From contig JBMFOU010000002.1 of assembly GCA_049969475.1 (NCBI GenBank), positions 72,271 through 136,270 of the forward strand: 64,000 nt of DNA. The letters are read 5' to 3'. This DNA comes from Bacteroidales bacterium. GTDB lineage: Bacteria; Bacteroidota; Bacteroidia; Bacteroidales; TTA-H9. Each line of letters begins with the position of its first letter. Position 1 is the stretch's first letter. The translations under genes were made by a program, and so were the position numbers. Under the pieces are notes generated by a model that was given only the letters and a program-made list of their open reading frames with translations, did not search any database and was not told the origin of the DNA. Positions 1 through 9,133 of the stretch are shown one piece after another.

Positions 1-252
1 ACCGTTTTTTTTGACGAGGGAAATATCAGTACCCCTTTCACCGGATCCATGTAAAAAAAGCAAAACAGGGAAACCTTCCTGTCGGCTGGCACTATAATCT
101 TTGGGGAGAAAAATCAGATAGGGATAAGCAAGCGCCTTTTTAATAAAAACTGTTTCCCCCTGGGCTGATACCTGAACCCCTGGCGAAGGTGCCTGGGCCA
201 TCGATCCTGTCCACATCACAAAGATGATGAATAAAATACCAATGTTTTTCAT
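1..252 (-). CDS. secreted alpha/beta-hydrolase-type esterase, N-terminal part only (gene continues beyond the left edge)
   Basis: Not in the ORF track because no stop lies inside the window. The reverse complement of 1-252 starts at ATG (plus-strand 'cat' 250-252). It reads MKNIGILFIIFVMWTGSMAQAPSPGVQVSAQGETVFIKKALAYPYLIFLPKDYSASRQEGFPVLLFLHGSGERGTDISLVKKNG. That is a signal peptide followed by the 'PVLLFLHGxGERG' pattern I associate with phospholipase/carboxylesterase-type esterases. Confidence 0.55.
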   Translation of the reverse strand, partial: MKNIGILFIIFVMWTGSMAQAPSPGVQVSAQGETVFIKKALAYPYLIFLPKDYSASRQEGFPVLLFLHGSGERGTDISLVKKNG

Positions 253-276
253 AATCAATCAGTTAAATGGTCTGAC

Positions 277-309
277 AAAAAAACTGCCCGGCCGAACATG
301 ACCGGGCAG
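277..309 (-). terminator. intrinsic terminator after the CBM/T9SS gene
   Basis: Perfect 8-bp stem ctgcccgg (284-291) / ccgggcag (302-309) with a 10-nt loop. On the minus strand a 7-U run follows (plus-strand A277-A283). It lies 21 nt past the stop at 330. Confidence 0.7.
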
Positions 310-329
310 CAAGCATAAAATGGAATTAA

Positions 330-1481
330 TTATTTCTGAATCTTGTGAGTTACCGATTTGCCTTCGCTGTTCACAACATTCACCAGGTAAAGACCTGCGT
401 TGAGGTCGCTGAAGTCAACGCTAACCTTGGAGGAGGTACGGGGCTCCATCATTTTAACCATCTGGCCGGCAAGGTTGTAAATAGCTATGCGTTCTACGCG
501 GCCAAAGTTTTCGATGTAGAGCTTATCCTTCACCGGATTGGGATACATCATGAAAACTTTGTTGTTGTTGATGATACCGTTGGAAGTATTGGGATTGCTG
601 TTGATTACGATATCGTCGATGTAAATATCGATAGGATCTACGCGGGTGAATGAATCAGGGAAATCGGGAAGCAATACAGCAATTTTGAATTGGCTGAATT
701 TTTCGGAATAGTCAAATACAAATTCTTCCCACTGCCCGGTAAGCTGCTGAGCATTGACACTGGCAATTTCTAACGTACCGGAAGGTCCATTTTCGAGTTT
801 AAACTTCACAGGAGAAACTTCGGGTTTCCAAAGTTTAACGTGAACATACTTATTAACCTGAACATCAGCATAAGGCATAAGATTAGCCCAGAAACCACCC
901 CAAGGTGATGCGCTTACAGCAGTACCCCAACGTTTGAATTTCAATACCTTGGCACTTGAGTTCATGGCATCGGGGGCAGGGTTATCTACCACCATAAAAG
1001 TTTCTTCAATGGCATGGACGTTAATATCATCATATTCGCCGCAACCCATAACATGGGGTGTCAGAATCCCCCAGGTTCCATCTTCAAAATCAGCCAATAC
1101 CTGCTGATCCTGAATTTTCTGTCCCCAGGTATAGTAGTGATCCCATGCACCCGTGATGGTAACCACACGGTTAGGCTCTCCATCCCATTCTCCGCCAGCC
1201 CAACCTGAGCCTTTGAAGAATTTAAACTGATAATCTCCAGGTTCCAAAAGCATGGTGATGCTGAAGTATCCATCCCCGTCAGGGTCGGTCATCTCGCAGT
1301 TGGGATTGGTACCAGGTTCATTCCAGGTTCCCCAGTCTCCTCCAAAGTTTCCGGCAATCCACACTTGCTCACCATTGAGCCCCGCAGGTGCCATGTTCAC
1401 ATTAAAGGTGACCTGCACTGGTGCAGCCATTAAATTCATGAGTGCGGCTACAAAGAAAAACGAAAGTAAAAATTTTCTCAT
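330..1481 (-). CDS. secreted carbohydrate-binding (CBM-like beta-sandwich) protein with T9SS C-terminal sorting domain
   Basis: ORF 330-1520, trimmed to ATG 1481 (MRKFLLSFFFVAALMNLMA signal peptide), because a TATATTTG -7 box at 1518-1525 lies inside the longer ORF. The N-terminal 'VQVTFNVNM..VWIAGNFGGDWGTW..DPDGDGYF..GDYQFKF' resembles CBM20/48-like glycan-binding modules. The C-terminal 'YPNPVKDKLYIE...GLYLVNV' is a type-A T9SS CTD. I recognised no catalytic motif. Confidence 0.6.
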   Translation of the reverse strand: MRKFLLSFFFVAALMNLMAAPVQVTFNVNMAPAGLNGEQVWIAGNFGGDWGTWNEPGTNPNCEMTDPDGDGYFSITMLLEPGDYQFKFFKGSGWAGGEWDGEPNRVVTITGAWDHYYTWGQKIQDQQVLADFEDGTWGILTPHVMGCGEYDDINVHAIEETFMVVDNPAPDAMNSSAKVLKFKRWGTAVSASPWGGFWANLMPYADVQVNKYVHVKLWKPEVSPVKFKLENGPSGTLEIASVNAQQLTGQWEEFVFDYSEKFSQFKIAVLLPDFPDSFTRVDPIDIYIDDIVINSNPNTSNGIINNNKVFMMYPNPVKDKLYIENFGRVERIAIYNLAGQMVKMMEPRTSSKVSVDFSDLNAGLYLVNVVNSEGKSVTHKIQK

Positions 1482-1517
1482 AATCTTGAATTTTAGGTTT
1501 AACATGGTTAGTGCGTG

Positions 1518-1525
1518 CAAATATA
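1518..1525 (-). promoter_or_regulatory. Bacteroidota -7 promoter box (TATATTTG) for the CBM/T9SS gene
   Basis: Plus-strand caaatata is TATATTTG on the minus strand and matches the TAnnTTTG consensus. It lies 37 nt upstream of ATG 1481. Confidence 0.5.
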
Positions 1526-1576
1526 ATAAAAAAATTAAATTTTATACACACTGTGTAAATCTTTTTCTGAGCATGT

Positions 1577-3418
1577 TTATAATTTTATCACTTTAACTGT
1601 AACATATTGAATATCATTCATTGAAATTTTCAACCAATAAACTCCAGGTTTGAATTTCTTCACACTACAACTAATGACATTACCGTCATCATTAGAAGTC
1701 TGCGTGTTTTCGAGGACTAATTGCCCAAGACTGTTGTAAAATCTGAGCTGTACCTTGCCAATAGGCAAGGACTCTAAAGAAACAAAAACCTGATCTATGA
1801 CAGGATTAGGGAAGACACTCACTTTACTACCAAAAGAGTTATTTTGAGGAATTCCCTGAGGATCATTTATAAAGCCGATGGCCTGAAGGGCTGGATTAAT
1901 TTCGGGATTCGACATAAATTTCTCCCATAACAGCCCTGAGCGGTAATTTTCTATCATACAAACAATAGGTCCTTGATCTATAGCCAGATAGGAAGTAGCC
2001 CACCAATTACGTTCCTGATTAAATGCGTCGTAAAATCCATATTTACCCCACAAACGAGGCAGGTTACGGTAAAAATACCTAAGGGCTTTCATGGACTCCT
2101 CTGGAGTGTATGGGAAGGACGAGAGGGCTGCTGTAGGACTGATAGTTCCATTATCGCGGGAGGCAATGGGTTCGTGAACCGCATACCCATCGGGGTCGTC
2201 GCTGGCCGTCAAACCCCAACATTCATCACTGTAACCTTCATGGTGCTGAGGGTTGGCTACACAATAGGCGTGATGAATCAGAGCGATATTGCGGTTATTG
2301 ATAAAATAGTTGGTGTACTTGTCTTTTTTATTTCGGGGATCGAAACCAAGGTAGGAATAATGGGTAAAAAACAGCGGACCGCCATAATCCCAGCCCACAT
2401 CGATTTTGTAACCATAAAAAGTTTTACCGTTAAGATAATACGAGGCACCAGCCCAACCTGTATGGTAGAGGGAGGCAGGAACTGAATGAGTGGGAGAGGC
2501 AATAGCTAGCAGATATACGATCATAGTTTCGTTGAATCCCCTGATTTGCATATTCATTTGCCACTGATAATTAGGCGACCAGTGCCAATAAAGTACATTT
2601 CCACCCCGGCTATACCAGTCCCATTCTACCGATTTCCAAAGTGCGGTTATTTGACTACGCAATTGAGCCTCAGGACCTTCTCCGTCGAAAAAAGCACGAG
2701 CAGTAAGCAAGCCTTGCACTAAAAATGCGGTCTCTACCAGATCGCCCCCGTTATCGTAAGTACTGAAGGGAATCACCTTGCCCGTGGTACCATTCATCCA
2801 ATGGGGCCAGGCTCCATGAAAACGATCAGCGTTTTCCAGAAAATTGCAAATCTTCTGTATTCGGGCCAACCCTTCTTCGCGGGTGATGAATTCCCTATGA
2901 ATGCCCACCAAAATGGCCATAATGCCAAATCCGGTTCCACCTGCAGTTACCGTTTCACCGGAACCTAACCTTTCGCGGGCCATACCGGAGACCGGATGAG
3001 CATGGTCCCAGAAATAGTAAAATGTGGCCTCCTGCACCATGTCCATCAATTCCTCGTCGGTGAGTTGGCGCATGAATGCAGTATCAACTACCGACAATTC
3101 TGAAACATCCCCTGCCTGATTGTAGGCCTTTACTCCGTATACAATCTGGCTTGGCAGACTCACCGTACCCAGATAATCCAAATAGGAACTTTCATCGGCT
3201 GTGGTGGCTCCGATAAATTGGAAAGAAGCCCCACCATTTTTGGAGCGATAAATTCGATAACCCGCTAAATTGGGCGAAGGACTTGCTTCCCAGCGAAGCA
3301 CATTATGCCTTTCGTATCCATTTACCCGAAGATTAACAGGAGGTTCTACCTGAGCCTGAAGCATTAGCATTGGAAATAACCCCACAATAAACAAACCGAT
3401 GAATAGGAGTTTTTTCAT
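1577..3418 (-). CDS. GH144-like glucoamylase-family protein (putative endo-beta-1,2-glucanase) with N-terminal Fn3-like module and T9SS CTD
   Basis: 613-aa ORF with signal peptide MKKLLFIGLFIVGLFPMLMLQAQ. The core shows 'WDWY..YWHW..GFNETMIVYLLAIASPTH', 'FYDAFN' and 'YLAIDQGPIVCMIENYRSGLLW', which I recognise from the COG5368/PF10091 'putative glucoamylase' = GH144 family. The C-terminal 'VFPNPVIDQVFV...GVYWLKI' is a T9SS CTD. It is a paralog of 9123-10505. Confidence 0.7.
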   Translation of the reverse strand: MKKLLFIGLFIVGLFPMLMLQAQVEPPVNLRVNGYERHNVLRWEASPSPNLAGYRIYRSKNGGASFQFIGATTADESSYLDYLGTVSLPSQIVYGVKAYNQAGDVSELSVVDTAFMRQLTDEELMDMVQEATFYYFWDHAHPVSGMARERLGSGETVTAGGTGFGIMAILVGIHREFITREEGLARIQKICNFLENADRFHGAWPHWMNGTTGKVIPFSTYDNGGDLVETAFLVQGLLTARAFFDGEGPEAQLRSQITALWKSVEWDWYSRGGNVLYWHWSPNYQWQMNMQIRGFNETMIVYLLAIASPTHSVPASLYHTGWAGASYYLNGKTFYGYKIDVGWDYGGPLFFTHYSYLGFDPRNKKDKYTNYFINNRNIALIHHAYCVANPQHHEGYSDECWGLTASDDPDGYAVHEPIASRDNGTISPTAALSSFPYTPEESMKALRYFYRNLPRLWGKYGFYDAFNQERNWWATSYLAIDQGPIVCMIENYRSGLLWEKFMSNPEINPALQAIGFINDPQGIPQNNSFGSKVSVFPNPVIDQVFVSLESLPIGKVQLRFYNSLGQLVLENTQTSNDDGNVISCSVKKFKPGVYWLKISMNDIQYVTVKVIKL

Positions 3419-3481
3419 TAGTATGAGAATTTAAAAGGCTGCCGGCCTTGACCGACAGCCTCAAAGTTAATCGATTAAATC

Positions 3482-4930
3482 TTAATATCCAGGATTTTGG
3501 GTGAGTTTTCCTTCCGACAGCTCGATTTGCTGCTGAGGAATGGGGAAAACTTCATTTTTGTTGGGAGTAAATCCAAGGGGCCCCAGCACTTCCGCCGCCT
3601 TACCGGTTCTTACGAGGTCGAAGAAACGATCGCCCTCCATGGCCAATTCAAGCCGGCGTTCGCGAAGGATATCATCCAGGGTAGGATTATTGATAGGAGC
3701 CAATCCCACTCTCTGCCTTACCTGGTTAAGAGCCTGTGCAGCGCCGCTTACATCGCCCAATCTTACCCTGGCTTCGGCGGCAATAAGCAGGATTTCAGCA
3801 TAGCGCAAAACCCTGACGTTTTGTCCGGCACCATAAGGGCCAAAAACTTGACGCCACGAAGGATAATAGGCCTTTCCATTGTATCGTGGCAACCCGATTA
3901 CCCCTTCAAGGGCATTTACGCCTTGAATTACATCTCCATCGGGGGTGGTGTCGCCCTTATAAAGCACTGTTACTTTTTTGCGAACCTGGTCGCCAGCAGC
4001 ATCGAAAGCAGCAATCAGGTCGTCGGTCGGAATATTGAATCCCCATCCCCACTGTCCGCGAACGGATTGTACTTCTGAGTGCTGACTGAACGACAAATCC
4101 CACTGTCCTTCCACTTCCTGACATTGAATTTCAAAAACCGACTCAGGTCCGTTTTCGGTCTCAACCCTGAACACCTTATAAAAATCAGGCTCAAGACTGT
4201 AAACGCCTGAATTGATGACATCGGTAGCCATTTCGTTGGCTTTGGCATAGTCCTGCATATACAAATAGACCTTGGCCAGCAATCCTTTAGCTGAACCACT
4301 GGTAGCCCGTCCTTTATCGGCTGCACCATAGGTAGCTGGCAAGACATCAGCTGCTTCAAGTAAATCTTTTTCTATTTGTTTGTAAACATCAGCCTTAGGG
4401 GTGCGAACATAAATTTCAGGTCCTACAGGCACACTCAAAGGCATAGGGACGTCTCCAAAGGCCCTCACCAGGTCGAAATAAATAAGAGCACGCAAAAACT
4501 TAGCTTCAGCTATCAAGCGGGCCTTCAATGCCTCGTCCATCTGAATTTTAGGGATATTGGTAATGCATTGATTGGCCAGATTGATTCCCCTGTAACGACC
4601 TCTCCAGTAATCATTAAGCACAAATTGGTTGGGAGTGTAGGTGAATTGGTCATAATCATTAATAAAGCTTGCATCGCCGGTCTCACTGCCTTTGATTGCA
4701 TTATCGGAAGGTATTTCCTGCATGATAATATAAGCAAAAGAGACCATTTCCCAGGCCCTGAGGTGGGCATAAATAGAGTTTACCCCCTTGATAGCATCTT
4801 CGGGTTTTTCAAAAAATCCTTTAGCAGGCAGTTGCCCTTCAGGTTCAAAATCCAGATAGTCCTTGCAGGCTGTTAGCGAAAGGACCAACAAAACGGCCCA
4901 AAACGACAAAATTGATTTATAGTTTTTCAT
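3482..4930 (-). CDS. susD: SusD/RagB-family nutrient-binding outer-membrane lipoprotein
   Basis: ORF 3482-4948. The preferred start is ATG 4930 (MKNYKSILSFWAVLLVLSLTAC, a lipoprotein signal with Cys). ATG 4948, overlapping the susC stop by 1 nt, is the alternative. Length of about 480 aa, TPR-like helical content and position immediately downstream of SusC are typical of SusD. Confidence 0.85.
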   Translation of the reverse strand: MKNYKSILSFWAVLLVLSLTACKDYLDFEPEGQLPAKGFFEKPEDAIKGVNSIYAHLRAWEMVSFAYIIMQEIPSDNAIKGSETGDASFINDYDQFTYTPNQFVLNDYWRGRYRGINLANQCITNIPKIQMDEALKARLIAEAKFLRALIYFDLVRAFGDVPMPLSVPVGPEIYVRTPKADVYKQIEKDLLEAADVLPATYGAADKGRATSGSAKGLLAKVYLYMQDYAKANEMATDVINSGVYSLEPDFYKVFRVETENGPESVFEIQCQEVEGQWDLSFSQHSEVQSVRGQWGWGFNIPTDDLIAAFDAAGDQVRKKVTVLYKGDTTPDGDVIQGVNALEGVIGLPRYNGKAYYPSWRQVFGPYGAGQNVRVLRYAEILLIAAEARVRLGDVSGAAQALNQVRQRVGLAPINNPTLDDILRERRLELAMEGDRFFDLVRTGKAAEVLGPLGFTPNKNEVFPIPQQQIELSEGKLTQNPGY

Positions 4931-4947
4931 ATTCAATTCTCCTTTCA

Positions 4948-7900
4948 TTATAAGTTGAGGTTTACACCAAAGTTATAGGTAGCAGACATGGGATATACAT
5001 TCAGGTCGATGCCCTGGGAAGTGCTTGAACCTCCAGGTATTTCAGGGTTAAAACCATTGTATCCAAAAAGGTTAATGGGATTAGTGGCATTGGCATAAAA
5101 CCTCAGACTGCTGATACCCAGCTTTTTGAGGAATTCTTTGTTGATGGAGTAACCCAACTGAATGGTACGGACACGCAAGAATGCGCCATCTTCGAAATAC
5201 CAGGTGTTGGGCAGCATATTGTCGCCGGTGAGGTCGGCAGAGGGATAAGTGTTGCTGGTGCCCTCGCCGTGCCAACGGTTGTTGTAGAAATCGAGGTCAT
5301 AGTTTTCATTACCCAGGCGCTGAGCCCGTTTGGCATTGTATATCATGTTGCCCCAGCGAGCATAGACGTCAACCGTGAAGTCGAAGCCTTTGTAAGCCAG
5401 CGTAGCTGAGAAACCAGCCTGAGACTTGGGTATAGCATTGCCAATGAAAATGCGGTCTTTGTTGTCGATCACGCCGTTACCGTCAACATCTTCATACTTA
5501 AAATCTCCAGGTTTGGCATTAGGTTGCAGTTTTTTACCCTCTGCATTCACATAATTATTTACCTCCTCCTGGGTCTGGAAAATACCTATGACCTTGCGGG
5601 CATAATAACTTCCGATGGGCATACCCACAATGGTGTAAGTGCTAAAGAAACCACCCACGGGCAAATTACCTCCATAAATACCCAGAGTACCTTCTCTGAG
5701 CTTTTTCACTTCGTTGTGGTTAAAAGCGTAGTTAAAACTCAAATCGTAGTTAAACTCTCCAATATTATCTTTCCAACCGAGGGTGAGTTCAACCCCGCGA
5801 TTAAGTATGTCGGCATTGTTGGAAAGGTAGGAACCCGAGGTACCTGCGGTGGAAGATAAGGTGAGCGGGAAAATGGCATCTTTGGTTGTTCGCCAGTACA
5901 AATCCACTTCGAAGTTGAGGCGGGAATTGAGGGTTTGACCTTCGAGGGCCACATCAATTTCGTGCATTTTTTCCCATTTGAGTTGAGGAGGAACGGCCGA
6001 GGTGATGTTGGCCCCTTCAGCAATTACAACATTACCGCCTTGTCCGAAAGCAGTATTGAGAATCCCTCCCTGTTCCACGGTAAGCGTGTATACATTGGCC
6101 GGAATCCGGTTGTTACCGTTCAAACCCCAGCTTCCCCTGAGTTTCAAGAAATCAAAAATACGCTGGCCCTGCATAAACTCTTCACTAGTGATAACCCAGC
6201 CCAGGCCTGCAGAAGGAAAGAGATCCCACCGGTCGTTTTTGGGAAACACAGAACTGCCATCAGCTCGCAGGGTAGCTGTGAGCAAATATTTATCGAAGAG
6301 CGAATAGTTGATTCGGCCAAAATAAGAAAGTGCGGTAACCTTGCTTCCCCAGTCGTAAATCTGGCTGGTTTTGGAACGACCGAGATTCAGGTAAAGCGTG
6401 TTGTCTCCCAGATAAGGTACTCCCATTCGCGAACCACCTGTTCCCAACGTCCTTTCGTACTGGGCAGCCATACCGGCCATTGCTTTAATTCGATGAGGAC
6501 CAAAATTGTTTTCAAAAGTCAGGGTATTGTCCCATACTCCCTTGTAGTCGTATGACCAAGTGCGCGCAAGGGTGCGAGTAGTATCTTTCTGGGTGGGAGA
6601 AACATAGTAATATGGGGTATAACTCCGATTGCGGGCATAGCCTAGGTCAGTTCCATACTGCGAGCGGAAAGTAAAATACTTGGCGAATCCAATTTCAGCA
6701 TAAACGCTACCTACCAGTCGCAGGCCATTGCTCTTACTATTGTAATAATACAAGGAAGCAGCAGGGTTAGAGAAGTTACCCAGCCCCAGATCCACAGGAT
6801 TGGTAAAGGTGCTGTCGTCAGCCATTTTAGGTTTGAAAACAGGAGGAGCCACATAGGCTTCGTAGAAAACCGAGGGGGCATCGTTGGTGCGGAAACCGGA
6901 AAGCGTAGCTGAATATCCAACTTTAACGTGCTTATTCACTTCCATATCGATGGAGGAACGTAGATTGAGTCTTTCATACACCTGATTAAGCAAAAGACCT
7001 TCCTGTTTAAAATACCCGGCTCCGAAATAGTAAAGGTTTTTACCCGTTCCCCCTGAGAAACCCACATCATGGTTCATCACAAAAGCCTGTTTGCGCATCA
7101 CCTCATCATACCAATTCGTATAATCGGGGAAATTGGCTGGATCCAGCGGTGTGTAGTTTTGTCCGGCAGCCTGGGCCTGCAACGAGTTCTTTTCGTTAAT
7201 CAGCTCAATGTATTGAGAATTGTTGGCCAGAGGTAGCTGATTGACCGCGGTCTGAAAACCAGTGTAAGCATTATAAGTCATAGCAGGCTTATTGCCCGTG
7301 TTGCGCTTGGTGGTGATGATGAGAACTCCATTAGCAGCCTTTACCCCGTAAATAGCTGATGCCGAAGCGTCTTTTAGCACTGTGGTAGTTTCAATATCGG
7401 TAGGACTCAAAAAGCTGATATCGTTGGTTACCACTCCATCAACCACGTATAAGGGGTCAGCAGAGGAATTTACCGTTCCCAAACCACGGATACGAATGGT
7501 GGGTGCAGCACCGGGGGCACCACTGTTGGTAACTTGTACCCCAGCTACTTTACCCTGCAGCACTGACCCGATGTTGGCTGCCGGCTGATATCCCAGCTTA
7601 TCTGATTTAACCGTGGTAACTGAGCCCGTTAAATCCATTTTCTTGGTAGAACCATAACCTACTACCACCACTTCATCGAGTTGCGAAACGGCAGGTTCCA
7701 TCTCTACATTAATCGTCGTCCGGTTATTCACCGGAATCTCCAGCGTTTTCATACCTACAAAACTAAAACGCAGTATAGCGTTGTTTTCTACGCTCAGGGA
7801 GTAATTCCCATTGATGTCGGTTACAGTACCGGTTTGTTTACCTACCACCATAACCGTAACTCCGGGTAGGGTCGTTCCATCACGCTTGTCCTTCACAAGG

Positions 7901-7983
7901 CCCTTTACGTTGATGACCTGCTGGGCCATCCCCGTAATTGCCAGCGTGAGCAACAAGGCAAGAGTAAGCATCTGTTTTCTCAT
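4948..7983 (-). CDS. susC: SusC/RagA-family TonB-dependent outer-membrane transporter
   Basis: 1011 aa. It has an N-terminal carboxypeptidase-regulatory-like domain ('VKGLVKDKRDGTTLPGVTVMVVGKQTGTVTDINGNYSL') and a plug ('VVVGYGSTKK'). The C-terminal beta-barrel ends in '...YNFGVNLNL'. The gene is paired with SusD. Confidence 0.92.
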   Translation of the reverse strand: MRKQMLTLALLLTLAITGMAQQVINVKGLVKDKRDGTTLPGVTVMVVGKQTGTVTDINGNYSLSVENNAILRFSFVGMKTLEIPVNNRTTINVEMEPAVSQLDEVVVVGYGSTKKMDLTGSVTTVKSDKLGYQPAANIGSVLQGKVAGVQVTNSGAPGAAPTIRIRGLGTVNSSADPLYVVDGVVTNDISFLSPTDIETTTVLKDASASAIYGVKAANGVLIITTKRNTGNKPAMTYNAYTGFQTAVNQLPLANNSQYIELINEKNSLQAQAAGQNYTPLDPANFPDYTNWYDEVMRKQAFVMNHDVGFSGGTGKNLYYFGAGYFKQEGLLLNQVYERLNLRSSIDMEVNKHVKVGYSATLSGFRTNDAPSVFYEAYVAPPVFKPKMADDSTFTNPVDLGLGNFSNPAASLYYYNSKSNGLRLVGSVYAEIGFAKYFTFRSQYGTDLGYARNRSYTPYYYVSPTQKDTTRTLARTWSYDYKGVWDNTLTFENNFGPHRIKAMAGMAAQYERTLGTGGSRMGVPYLGDNTLYLNLGRSKTSQIYDWGSKVTALSYFGRINYSLFDKYLLTATLRADGSSVFPKNDRWDLFPSAGLGWVITSEEFMQGQRIFDFLKLRGSWGLNGNNRIPANVYTLTVEQGGILNTAFGQGGNVVIAEGANITSAVPPQLKWEKMHEIDVALEGQTLNSRLNFEVDLYWRTTKDAIFPLTLSSTAGTSGSYLSNNADILNRGVELTLGWKDNIGEFNYDLSFNYAFNHNEVKKLREGTLGIYGGNLPVGGFFSTYTIVGMPIGSYYARKVIGIFQTQEEVNNYVNAEGKKLQPNAKPGDFKYEDVDGNGVIDNKDRIFIGNAIPKSQAGFSATLAYKGFDFTVDVYARWGNMIYNAKRAQRLGNENYDLDFYNNRWHGEGTSNTYPSADLTGDNMLPNTWYFEDGAFLRVRTIQLGYSINKEFLKKLGISSLRFYANATNPINLFGYNGFNPEIPGGSSTSQGIDLNVYPMSATYNFGVNLNL

Positions 7984-8146
7984 GATGATTTGGGTTTAAG
8001 GTTTAACATTCAGGATTCTGTCTCGATTAATATGAAGGTTTAAATTTAAGCAAAAGAAAAACTCCGGTACATGAATTTCATGAGCATGGAGGATACATTA
8101 TCAACCGTTTCCCCAAAAAAGAAGTGAACATGCAAGCCGGTTTTAA

Positions 8147-8174
8147 AGTGTTATATTAACACTGTACAAAGTTA
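8147..8174 (-). promoter_or_regulatory. candidate susC promoter (-7 box TAACTTTG) with an abutting palindromic operator
   Basis: Plus-strand caaagtta at 8167-8174 is TAACTTTG on the minus strand (TAnnTTTG). Directly downstream on that strand lies the perfect inverted repeat AGTGTTA-tat-TAACACT (8147-8163), at or around the predicted transcription start. It is about 165-190 nt upstream of the susC ATG (7983). Confidence 0.4.
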
Positions 8175-8349
8175 GAGTATAAAAAGCTGATTTTACACCT
8201 TAATTCTAAAAAAAAAATCAGATTTTTAATAAAGATTTATATTACAAACAATTATACAAGCAAACTTCATTGCTTTTTAAAATACCAAGCTTAAAAATTG
8301 TTTTAATTACAATTTGGCGAAGCTTTGCGTTTTGAGGATTCATTTTTTC

Positions 8350-8357
8350 TAACTTTG
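8350..8357 (+). promoter_or_regulatory. -7 promoter box (TAACTTTG) for the Nudix-fold regulator gene
   Basis: taactttg at 8350-8357 matches TAnnTTTG and lies 42 nt upstream of ATG 8399. The inverted repeat AAATTGT-n7-ACAATTT (8295-8315) occupies the -33 region. Confidence 0.45.
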
Positions 8358-8398
8358 CTTAACAAATAAAGCAAAAATCAATATAAAATAGGGCTGCC

Positions 8399-9133
8399 AT
8401 GGATCCCAATGTTATTCCGCATGTATCGATCGACTGTGTAGTGCTGGGGTACAATCTGGAAGATCTGAATGTTTTGCTAATCGAACGCAGGATGGTTTAT
8501 CAGGGCGAGGAATACCTGGATTTGAAACTTCCAGGGGATCTGGTGCGCTGGGACGAAGACATTGATACTGCCGCCCATCGCATATTGCAGGATCTTACCG
8601 GATTACGCAACGTTTATTTGAAGCAAATGCAAGCTTTTGGTGAGGTAGACCGGCTCAAGCGCGAGCCCCGCGACCTTGAATGGCTACGCAGCATCGACCA
8701 TCCCGAAGAACGCGTTATCACCATTGCCTATTTTGCCCTGCTCAACCTCGACCAGATTAAATCACCTGATTACACACCCACCAGCAACGCCCGTTGGGTA
8801 CCCGTGAAAAACCTCCCCATCCTTGCCTTCGATCATAACCGAATCATAAATAAGGCAATTGAAAGCTTACACAACGAGATCAAACGCAACCCAGTAGCCT
8901 TCGAACTTTTACCTAAAAAATTCACCCTAACCCAATTGCAAAAACTCTACGAAATCATTCTGGGTACCAGTTTCGACAAACGAAACTTTCGCAAAAAAAT
9001 AGCCCAGATCAGTTGTGTGGTGCCCATTAACGAAAAACAAACGAATGTACCCCATAAACCTGCCCGTTTTTACATGTTTAGCCAGGATGTTTATGAAGTA
9101 ACCCGGAAGGATAACTTCGATTTCACGGTTTAG
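8399..9133 (+). CDS. Nudix-fold transcriptional regulator (NrtR/AraR-like: Nudix domain plus C-terminal winged helix)
   Basis: 244 aa. The N-terminal Nudix-like fold ('SIDCVVLGYN..LNVLLIER..LPGDLV') has a degenerate Nudix box. The C-terminal 'FTLTQLQKLYEIILGTSFDKRNFRKKI' is the wHTH typical of NrtR-family regulators. The gene is divergent from susC, as with Nudix-type PUL regulators in Bacteroides. Confidence 0.7.
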   Translation: MDPNVIPHVSIDCVVLGYNLEDLNVLLIERRMVYQGEEYLDLKLPGDLVRWDEDIDTAAHRILQDLTGLRNVYLKQMQAFGEVDRLKREPRDLEWLRSIDHPEERVITIAYFALLNLDQIKSPDYTPTSNARWVPVKNLPILAFDHNRIINKAIESLHNEIKRNPVAFELLPKKFTLTQLQKLYEIILGTSFDKRNFRKKIAQISCVVPINEKQTNVPHKPARFYMFSQDVYEVTRKDNFDFTV

